NCBI GenBank assembly: GCA_031549145.1 | Contig: JAVBQI010000051.1 | Span: 1,672-65,671 of the forward strand | DNA length: 64,000 bases | Source of the DNA: Thermoguttaceae bacterium | Lineage (GTDB): Bacteria > Planctomycetota > Planctomycetia > Pirellulales > Thermoguttaceae | Direction: 5' to 3' | Shown: positions 35,306-42,783 of the stretch, piece by piece | Numbering within the stretch: position 1 is the first letter of the stretch | How the letters are laid out: each line of letters begins with the position of its first letter | Position numbers and translations under genes: made by a program | Notes under the pieces: generated by a model | The model's input: the letters and a program-made list of their open reading frames with translations, nothing else | Told to the model about the DNA's origin: nothing | The model's database searches: none

Positions 35306-37165
35306 ATGCCCGAACTTCTCGCGATTCTCGACTGCGGCGCACAATACACGAAAAACATCGACCGGAAAGTCCGCGAACTGGGCGTCCGCTCCGAAATCTT
35401 TCCGATCAACGTCGATCCGCTCAAACTCGCCCCTTACCAGGCGATCATTCTTTCCGGCGGACCGGCGAGCGTTTACGAGTCGAACGCGCCCAAGGGGCAT
35501 CCCGCGATCCTCAGCCTCGGCGTTCCCGTCCTCGGAATCTGCTTCGGCATGCAATGGTTGAACCATGAGCTCGGCGGAGCGGTTTCGCCCAATGCGGCCA
35601 AGGAATACGGCACGACACCGATCCGGATTGATCCGAACTGCCCGTTGTTCGACGGGCTGACGGCGACGCAAACCGTGCTCATGTCGCACGGCGATACCGC
35701 GACAGGACTCGCTCCCGGTTTTCAAGCCTGCGCCTGGTCCGGGGAGACGGTCGCGGGGATTTGGAATCCCGAAAAACGGTTTTTCGGCGTCCAGTTTCAT
35801 CCCGAGGTCGATTTGACCGAGCACGGGCTCGTGATGCTCGAAAACTTTCTCCGGAAAATCGTCGGCTTTCGCGGTTCCTATTCTTTGGAAGATCGAATTC
35901 AAACCTCGATCGACGAAATTCGCTCCCGGGTCGGCAACGAAAAAATTCTCGTCCTGGTCAGTGGCGGGGTCGATTCGGCGGTCAGTGCCGCCCTGTTGCT
36001 CAAAGCCCTGCCGCCGGAAAACGTGTCCGCGATACACGTCGATCACGGCCTGATGCGGCTCAACTAAAGCGACCGGATTTGCGAAACGCTGCAAAACATG
36101 GGTCTCAAACACCTAATCCGGGTCGAGGGACAGGACTTCTTTTTCGACACGCCGATCGAAACCCCGGACGGCCCGCTCGGTCCGTTGATCACACTCAACG
36201 ATCCCGAACATCGCCGGAACGTAATCGGCACCTTGTTCGTCGAGCAGATCCGAAAAATCGCGGACCAGCTCGGGCTCGACTTTTCCAAAACCTTCTGGGC
36301 CCAGGGAACGCTGCGGCCCGATTTGATCGAAAGCGGCAACCCCGATGTCAGCGGACATGCGAACCGGATCAAAACGCATCACAACGACGTCGATCTCGTC
36401 CGGCAGGCGCGCGACCGCGGACTGGTGGTCGAAACGAATCGGGATTGGCATAAGGATGAGGTCCGGAAAGTCGCCCTCATGCTCGGCATTCCGGAAGCGA
36501 TCGCCTACCGACAGCCGTTTCCCGGCCCCGGGCTCGGCGTTCGGCTCATGGGTTACGACGGCAAGGAAACCGTTTCGGCGGAACAAAAAGCGAAATTCGA
36601 CGCCCTGCTCAAGGAATTGGCACCGCGATTTCAAAGCGAGGTCGTCCCGATCCGAACGGTCGGGGTTCAAGGAGACAACCGCAGCTTCCGGTTTTTCGCG
36701 TTGGTTTCCGGCGGCGGCTTCGACACCGATTGGGAGACCATGATGCGATTGGCCGGTCAGATTCCGAACCGGCTCGATTTCATCAACCGGATCGTGTACG
36801 TTTTGGGAAAGAGAGAAGGAAAAACGAACCTCGCTCCCTTCCCGACGACAATCACGCGGGAGAACATCGAGCTGTTGCGGCAGGTCGATGCGAGGGTCTC
36901 GCGACTCTTGGCAAGGAACCGCAGCATCGGCCAGGCGTTCGCGGTGCTCTTGCCGCTCGGAACCGCGACGGGCCGGTATTCGGTCGTGCTGCGGGCGATC
37001 GTTACGAACGATTTTATGACCGGCCGACCGGCCCGAATCGGCGAGGAGATCCCGACGGAAGGAATGCGGGAACTGGTCGAAGAGATCCTCCGCGATTTCC
37101 CGCAAATCGATCTCGTCGGATACGACTGCACCGAAAAACCGCCGGCAACCGTCGAATGGATGTAG
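35306..37165 (+). pseudogene. guaA: GMP synthase (glutamine-hydrolysing) interrupted by one in-frame TAA at 36065..36067
   Basis: ORFs 35162..36067 and 36098..37165 are in the same frame. First part: GATase (ILDCGAQYTKNI, GICFGMQ) plus P-loop VSGGVDSAV. Second part: QGTLRPDLIES, KTHHN, PFPGPGLGVR, PPATVEWM. The stop falls at RLN*SDRI, where E. coli GuaA has RLNEAEQV. Confidence 0.9.
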
Positions 37166-37183
37166 GACGCCGGTTCGTGATGT

Positions 37184-37279
37184 AAAAAGAGCCGCATGTG
37201 AAGCGAAGCGTAACTTGCGGACCTGGTACAAGGTCCGCAAGTTACGTCGGAGTACCGACTACACATGCGGCTCTTTTTT
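37184..37279. terminator. Nested hairpin of about 96 nt with A-run/T-run flanks between guaA and the gspK-like gene (bidirectional terminator-like; modular repeat)
   Basis: AAAAAGAGCCGCATGTG...TAACTTGCGGACC-TGGTACA-AGGTCCGCAAGTTA...CACATGCGGCTCTTTTTT. Starts 19 nt after the guaA stop. Confidence 0.6.
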
Positions 37280-37339
37280 GAATCCTTATTCGAACAATTT
37301 CCTGAGGATCGGTCTTACATAAAAAATCCCTACAGCCGC

Positions 37340-39211
37340 ATGATTGACGGGAAGCGCTTTCGGATGAGACGAGAAAACTCTCAACGCTCCGGCATTGCTC
37401 TTTTGCTCGTCGCGATCGTGATCGCGATCCTGAGTCTGGGGGCGATCTCGCTCGTCGCGCTGATGCTGGTCGAGCGGCAGGCGACGACGATCCGAGGGGA
37501 CGAGATTCAGGTCAATCAGGCCGCCCTTTCCGGCGTCGAGCTCGCCCGCTCCGTCGTCGCGATGTCCGAAGCCCGGCGGGAACAGATCGGCGGTATCACC
37601 AATAACCCGGCCTATTTCGCCGGCATCGAACTGATGCCCGCTCCCGAGGGGCATCTGAAAGGAGCCGTCCGGCTGACCGTGCTCGCCCCGAAAATCGAGA
37701 ATGGTTCCCTCGCCGGGATTCGATACGGTTTGGTCAACGAATCGGCCCGGTTGCATCTCGGCACCGTTCTTCAATGGGACAACGAAAATCCGGGGCAAGG
37801 GCGCAAATCGCTGATGTCGCTCCCCGGAATGACCCCGAGCATCGCCGATTCGATTCTCGATTGGATCGACTCGGACAAAATCGCCCGCCCGTCCGGAGCC
37901 GAATTGGAGTATTACCGCCGCATCGGCGTCCCCTACGGCCCGCGAAACGCGATCCCGGTTTCACTCGAAGAACTCCTGTTGGTTCGGGACGTAACCCGGC
38001 CGTTGCTTTTCGGGAACGACGAAACCTTCAGTTACGGATTCGATCCGAATCGGGCGACGACCGGCTCATCGACGACGCCAAACGATCCGCTCATGCCGCA
38101 AGCCCCGGCGCCGCTGCCGACGGTCCCGACCGCGGTTCCGGTTTCGAACCCGCCCTCGGCCGACCCGTTCGGAGACGGTCAAAGCCTGAGTTTGCCGACG
38201 AATGCGAACGATGCGACACTTCCGATCATTCCGGAAGCCGGCCTTGGGGCGAGCGAAACCGCTTCGCCGATTGCCAGAGCCGGAACCGAAGCGGCGGTCG
38301 GCGGGGCGTTCGAATCGGAATCGCTTTCCGCTCTGTCGTCTCCGAATTCCCCCGCAACAGGCGGTTCCGTTCGAATTCCGTGGTGTTATATGCTGACGAC
38401 CTTGAGTGCCGAAAAAGAGGTCAATCCGGAGGGGATCGCCAAGTTCGATTTGAACGAGCCGAACCTCGAATTCCTTTACGGACAAATCGAAAAGGCGCTC
38501 GACGCGTCGTCGGCCCGATTCGTGATCCTGTATCGGCAAAACGGCCCCGCGACGACAACGAGTACGACAACGGCTCCGACAAGCGAAACCGTTTCGGAAA
38601 CGGTCGGGGCGACCGGTTCGAGTGGTTCAGCCGAAACGGCCGCCGGATCGACGGGCAAGCCTGATTTTTCGCAGCCGGCTCGATTCCGGTTGGCAACGCC
38701 GCTCGATCTGTTGGAGGTCTCGGTCGAAGGGTTCGGGCCGAGCCCGTTTTCGTTCAACCAGACGCGAGGGAAAGAGCGGTTTTACAAACTGCTGGATTAC
38801 GGAACGACGAGCCCGACGGTTGTGATTACCGGTCGTCTCAACATCAACGAAGCGTTGCCCGATGTGCTGCGGGCCGTTCCCGGTCTCTCGGAGGAATCGG
38901 TCTCGCAAATTGTTTCGAAGCGGGCGGCTCTTGCATCATCGACCCGAAAGGCGGAATTGCGGCATGCCGTTTGGATTTTCGCCGAAGGGGTCGTCGATCT
39001 CACGAGCATGAAATCGCTCTGGGACAAAATCACTGGCGGGGGGGACGTGTTCCGTTGTCAGGCGATCGGGTTTTTCGACAACCAGGGGACCGCGAGCCGT
39101 TGCGAGGCGGTGATCGACGGGACGACCCAGCCGCCCCGGCAGGTGCTGTTCAAGGATTTGACGATGTACGGTCGCGGCTTTCCGATCGATGTTCTTAAGC
39201 CGAATCGTTAG
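37340..39211 (+). CDS. GspK-like minor pseudopilin (T2SS protein K family) with long S/T/P/A-rich insert
   Basis: ORF 37265..39211. Start at 37340 or 37364, because the first codons overlap hairpin 37184..37279. SGIALLLVAIVIAILSLGAISL anchor, LMSLPGMTPSIADSILDWIDSDKIARPSGAELEYY (GspK signature), and a low-complexity middle of about 200 aa. Confidence 0.75.
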   Translation: MIDGKRFRMRRENSQRSGIALLLVAIVIAILSLGAISLVALMLVERQATTIRGDEIQVNQAALSGVELARSVVAMSEARREQIGGITNNPAYFAGIELMPAPEGHLKGAVRLTVLAPKIENGSLAGIRYGLVNESARLHLGTVLQWDNENPGQGRKSLMSLPGMTPSIADSILDWIDSDKIARPSGAELEYYRRIGVPYGPRNAIPVSLEELLLVRDVTRPLLFGNDETFSYGFDPNRATTGSSTTPNDPLMPQAPAPLPTVPTAVPVSNPPSADPFGDGQSLSLPTNANDATLPIIPEAGLGASETASPIARAGTEAAVGGAFESESLSALSSPNSPATGGSVRIPWCYMLTTLSAEKEVNPEGIAKFDLNEPNLEFLYGQIEKALDASSARFVILYRQNGPATTTSTTTAPTSETVSETVGATGSSGSAETAAGSTGKPDFSQPARFRLATPLDLLEVSVEGFGPSPFSFNQTRGKERFYKLLDYGTTSPTVVITGRLNINEALPDVLRAVPGLSEESVSQIVSKRAALASSTRKAELRHAVWIFAEGVVDLTSMKSLWDKITGGGDVFRCQAIGFFDNQGTASRCEAVIDGTTQPPRQVLFKDLTMYGRGFPIDVLKPNR

Positions 39212-39259
39212 AAGTCGATTTGGATACTCATTGGCAGATGCTTCCCGGGGCGTAGTAAA

Positions 39260-39530
39260 ATTCTATTGTGAGTTTGGGTAAGATTGCCCCAACGGGGCAA
39301 TGACAAGGTAGCCGGGGGTGAGCGTACTCGCGAACCCCCGGTGATAGGATCACAAACCGATCGTCCCCAACGGGGCGCACAAGGTCTTTTTTTGTTGCAC
39401 CCCGTTGGGGTGCGATGTGCTTGGTGCATAGTTTCCGGGGGTTTGGCGATTACACCTCACCCCCGGCTACCTTGTGAGCCCCCGTTGGGGGCAGAAATCT
39501 CGCCTGCAAAATTTCACTATACCCAAATGC
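39260..39530. repeat. Repeat family F cluster 2: imperfect palindrome of about 270 nt
   Basis: Left TGCCCCAACGGGGCAATGACAAGGTAGCCGGGGGTGAG pairs with right CTCACCCCCGGCTACCTTGTGAGCCCCCGTTGGGGGCA. Inner arms CCCCAACGGGGCGCAC / GCACCCCGTTGGGG. Confidence 0.85.
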
Positions 39531-39806
39531 TGTTCAAGACCAATCCAATCGTGATTGACGGCATCACTCCGTCTTGATAAAATCCTCGTTGGATGTCTCT
39601 GATTTCCGACCGGAAATCGACAATCAAACAATCAGTTTTCGCTGTTTCATTCGCAGCGTTTTAAGCCTTTTATCATTTCGCCAAACCCATCACAGAGGGC
39701 AATAGCCCTCAAACAAAGGGTGATATCAGGTCGGCGCTACCCGTACGGGAGCCCGGCCGATGTTGTCCTTTGTTGCCTCGTGATGGGGGCTGGCGAAGCA
39801 GCTCGG

Positions 39807-39846
39807 TCCGGCGCTCCTTTTCTGAAACACGAAAAGGAGCGCCGGA
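39807..39846 (+). promoter_or_regulatory. Perfect 15-bp stem-loop in the leader of the 101-aa ORF
   Basis: TCCGGCGCTCCTTTT-CTGAAACACG-AAAAGGAGCGCCGGA, 45 nt upstream of ATG 39891. The 3' arm contains AAGGAG. Confidence 0.5.
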
Positions 39847-39890
39847 TCGGGTTGACTTCAACCCCTTCTCAAGAAAGGATTTCCGGCCTC

Positions 39891-40196
39891 ATGTCATCCT
39901 ACTCCGATCACGACGAAGACGCGATCTTTCACATTTTCGAGGAAACCCGTTTCAACCTGGAGCAGATGATCCTGCTTGTCGAGACGCATCTGCAGCAACT
40001 CGCCTCGGAAAAAACGAAAGCACTGGAAATCCTCCGGAAATGCCTCGTCGATGCGAAGACGCCGTCCGCGGACATGTTTTTCGTCCAATGGGAAGCCTTG
40101 CAAAAGACACATGCACACGGCCAATTGGCCGAGGCGGTGCGTTATCTCGGTCTCGCCCGTGAGGCCGTCAAAAATCTCCGCGCGTTCGACCGATAG
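39891..40196 (+). CDS. Small helical hypothetical protein (101 aa)
   Basis: 3' part of ORF 39720..40196. ATG at 39891, or in-frame TTG at 39852. No recognisable motif. Confidence 0.45.
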   Translation: MSSYSDHDEDAIFHIFEETRFNLEQMILLVETHLQQLASEKTKALEILRKCLVDAKTPSADMFFVQWEALQKTHAHGQLAEAVRYLGLAREAVKNLRAFDR

Positions 40197-40239
40197 TCGA
40201 TGCGCAAGCCGGTTTACCAGAAATTTGATAACGTTTTTT

Positions 40240-40860
40240 TCAACGGTGCTGATTGAGATAAATCGCCTGGATCAGTTCGGCCGAATCCTTGAACTTCTTT
40301 TTCGATTCCAAAACGAGATCGATCAGCCGTCGGGCCTCCGATTCCGAATGCCCCAGCGAAACCAGCGCTTCGAATGTCTCGGAAACGACGTCGGTTCGGA
40401 CGGCCGCATCGGGCGAGATGTCGCGGGAGATCAACAGCGCGAACTTCGGGACTTTGCGCCGCAATTTCGCGACGATTCGTTCGGCGGTCGCCGGGCCGAC
40501 CCCGGGCAGCGAAGAGAGAAATTTTTCGTCTTTCTCTTCGATCGCACTCGCGACCTCTTTGACCGGCCGGACCATCGCCCGAAGCGCCTTTTTCGTTCCG
40601 ACCCCGTCGACGCTGCAAAACAGATCGAAAAATTCCCGCTCGGCTTCGGTCAAAAAACCGACCAGTCGCGGCGTCATTTTTCCCTGCGGCGTGCCGTCCA
40701 GGGAATAGATCGTGTGCAGGGACACCGTTTTGCCGAGGTCCTGCTGCAGTTGCCGTCGGGTAAATTCCGGAATCCAAATTTCGTACTCGAACGGTTCGGC
40801 TGCAAGAACAGCCCGTTCGTCGAAAAGAGAAACCAATCGGCCGGTAATTTTCGTAATCAT
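40240..40860 (-). CDS. ruvA: Holliday junction DNA helicase subunit RuvA
   Basis: ORF 40240..40941, ATG at 40860 gives [12 protein letters not shown].... HhH region [14 protein letters not shown] and [17 protein letters not shown]-terminal domain III. Confidence 0.9.
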   Translation of the reverse strand: MITKITGRLVSLFDERAVLAAEPFEYEIWIPEFTRRQLQQDLGKTVSLHTIYSLDGTPQGKMTPRLVGFLTEAEREFFDLFCSVDGVGTKKALRAMVRPVKEVASAIEEKDEKFLSSLPGVGPATAERIVAKLRRKVPKFALLISRDISPDAAVRTDVVSETFEALVSLGHSESEARRLIDLVLESKKKFKDSAELIQAIYLNQHR

Positions 40861-40976
40861 AGTGGTTGAGGATAGAGGACGGAGGACAGAGGATAGTGGG
40901 AAGTGGGAAGAGAGCCGCGACCTGTGGTCGCGAGTTCCCATTCATAATTCTTAATTTTTTAACTCCCCTCTGTCCT
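40861..40976 (-). repeat. Composite heptamer cassette H6, fills the aroDE-stop to ruvA-start spacer
   Basis: In ruvA orientation: AATTAAGAATTATGAA - TGGGAACTCGCGACCACAGGTCGCGGCTCT - CTTCCCACTTCCCACT - ATCCTCTGTCCTCCGTCCTCTATCCTC - AACCACT - ATG. Confidence 0.9.
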
Positions 40977-42494
40977 TTAACTTTCTTCGTCTTCGTGAAT
41001 CGCGGAGATGGTTTGTTTGACGAGTTTGCGCATCAGCGTCGCCGGGCCTTTCGAACCGGTAAACAGTTTGAATTGCATGCAAGCCTGGCCGATAAACATT
41101 TCGACGCCGGAAACGGTCTTGCATCCTTTCGCCTTGGCATTTTTGATCAAAAGCGTGTTTTCCGGATTGTAAACGGCGTCGAAAACGATCATTTCCTTTT
41201 TCAAACCGGATTTCTCGAAAGGCGTGTGATCGACGTTGGGATGCATTCCGACGGGCGTGCAGTTCGCGATGATGTCGGCCCGGGTTCCATGCCGGAGTTC
41301 CCAGTCGACGTAATCGCAACCCAGGAGGCCCGCGAGGTATTGGGCTTTCGCATCTTCGAAATCGCTAACCGTAACCCGGACCTGGCGTTGGATCAAACCG
41401 TAGGCGACCGCTTTGCCCGCCCCGCCGGCTCCCAGGACGAGGGCGCGTTTGCCGATCATCGGGCTGTTGTCGGCCGAACCGTCGCCGCCCATCGCGATTT
41501 CGAGGCTCAAAATCGCGGCGATGTAATCCGTGTTGTAACCGCAACGTTCGTTCCCTTCGAACAAAACCGTATTGCAGGCTCCGATTTCCTCGACGGCGGG
41601 GTCCCATTGCGTCAACTCTTTCATGATTTCGACCTTGTGAGGGATCGTAACGCTGATCCCCCGGAAATCGACCAACGGAGCCTTGGCGACGAACTCGCTC
41701 AAATCCTGCGGAAAAACCCGCTGCGGAAGATAGACCCGGTTCATATTGGCGTTCGAGAAACCGGCATTATGAATCAGCGGGCTTAAACTGTGGGCGATCG
41801 GGTCGCCGATTACGGCATACACGTCGGTTCTTGAGTTGATTTCCTCGAAACGATAATGATCCCGCAGTTTCGTGTATTCCAAAAGCCCCGGAGCGATCAC
41901 CCGGGACTGGGAAAAGGTCGCGAAGGTGAACGGGGAGCCGAATTTTTTCGCGAGGATCCGGGACATGACGCCGATCTCCCCCATGCTGATCCCGATCATC
42001 GGGGTCTCGGGGCGCTCGCGATTTTTCTCCCGGGTAAAAAGGACCAGCCGGAAAACATCGCCGATACTCTGCGGCGTAACGGCGATTTTAATGTAATCGG
42101 GGTCGCAGCCGAGCATCCGTTGGTACAGCGACTCAAGATCGTCCGGGGTTTCCTTCAAATCATGATAACTGATGAGCCGCTTGGTTTTCCCGAATCTCGG
42201 GATTTGGTGGGCGATATCCTCTTCCAGATCGACGAATTCGACGCCGGCGGCGATCGCGGAGCGGAGGAGGACCATTCGCTTTTCCTCGGAATCGCGCCAA
42301 AGGCCGCCGTCTTTCGGCCGTCGGGCGGTTGCGACGACCGGGGTCGGGCGATCCGGCAGCAGCCGGCCGAGATTGGGTGTCGAGCGAAGAAAATCCAAGC
42401 GAAGCTCGACCAGTCGCATTCCCTCATCGGCAACGGAAAGATGTTCGGCAATCATCCGCTTGTGGGAGCCGCAGGCAATACTGACGCAAATCAT
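40977..42494 (-). CDS. aroDE: Bifunctional 3-dehydroquinate dehydratase (type I) / shikimate dehydrogenase
   Basis: N-terminal AroD-like region (VELRLDFL, YHDLKETP). C-terminal AroE region (VYAVIGDPIAHSLSPLIHNAGF, LVLGAGGAGKAVAYGL). Confidence 0.9.
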   Translation of the reverse strand: MICVSIACGSHKRMIAEHLSVADEGMRLVELRLDFLRSTPNLGRLLPDRPTPVVATARRPKDGGLWRDSEEKRMVLLRSAIAAGVEFVDLEEDIAHQIPRFGKTKRLISYHDLKETPDDLESLYQRMLGCDPDYIKIAVTPQSIGDVFRLVLFTREKNRERPETPMIGISMGEIGVMSRILAKKFGSPFTFATFSQSRVIAPGLLEYTKLRDHYRFEEINSRTDVYAVIGDPIAHSLSPLIHNAGFSNANMNRVYLPQRVFPQDLSEFVAKAPLVDFRGISVTIPHKVEIMKELTQWDPAVEEIGACNTVLFEGNERCGYNTDYIAAILSLEIAMGGDGSADNSPMIGKRALVLGAGGAGKAVAYGLIQRQVRVTVSDFEDAKAQYLAGLLGCDYVDWELRHGTRADIIANCTPVGMHPNVDHTPFEKSGLKKEMIVFDAVYNPENTLLIKNAKAKGCKTVSGVEMFIGQACMQFKLFTGSKGPATLMRKLVKQTISAIHEDEES

Positions 42495-42533
42495 GGGGAA
42501 TTAAGAATTATGAATTAAGAAATAAGAATGATG
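42495..42533. repeat. Heptamer array H7: (GAATTAA/GAATTAT-like)x5 abutting the aroDE start
   Basis: GGGGAATTAAGAATTATGAATTAAGAAATAAGAATGATG, directly adjacent to the aroDE start codon (minus-strand ATG, plus-strand CAT at 42492..42494). Confidence 0.88.
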
Positions 42534-42592
42534 TTGAGACTGCAGCGTCTTGATACGGTTTACTGATCTTCATACAAAAAACCGAACACCAC

Positions 42593-42695
42593 AAACAGCA
42601 GCCCGAAGCGTAAGCGCCGGGTTTGCCCCGTGTTCTCATGTCAAAAACCGGGCGCTTACGCTTCCGGCTGCTGCCCGATTCGAAAATTTTTGCAA
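42593..42695 (+). repeat. Repeat family C copy 1 (long hairpin)
   Basis: AAACAGCAGCCCGAAGCGTAAGCGCCGGGTT...AACCGGGCGCTTACGCTTCCGGCTGCTGCCCGATTCGAAAATTTTT. Confidence 0.9.
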
Positions 42696-42783
42696 AGAAC
42701 AATAACCTTGGGATGGTAGGTCGGTCGCCCGCCTTTTCCAATTATTCAGCTTCAACACGTACAGCTTCAAGCAAGCCCTTATT

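Noticed and set aside
35306-37165. guaA considered as a natural two-subunit (archaeal GuaAA/GuaAB-type) split, or as a selenocysteine/recoding site.
   Set aside because: The break is inside the ATP-pyrophosphatase domain just after the P-loop, not between the GATase and synthetase domains. The codon is TAA, not TGA, and no SECIS-like context is obvious. Generic readthrough cannot be excluded and is listed under findings.
39688-39760. CACAGAGGGCAATAGCCCTCAAACAAAGGG, with faint resemblance to a c-di-GMP-I (GEMM) riboswitch start.
   Set aside because: It lacks the ACGCAAAGC second-helix motif and the tetraloop/receptor arrangement. The similarity is limited to a few nucleotides.
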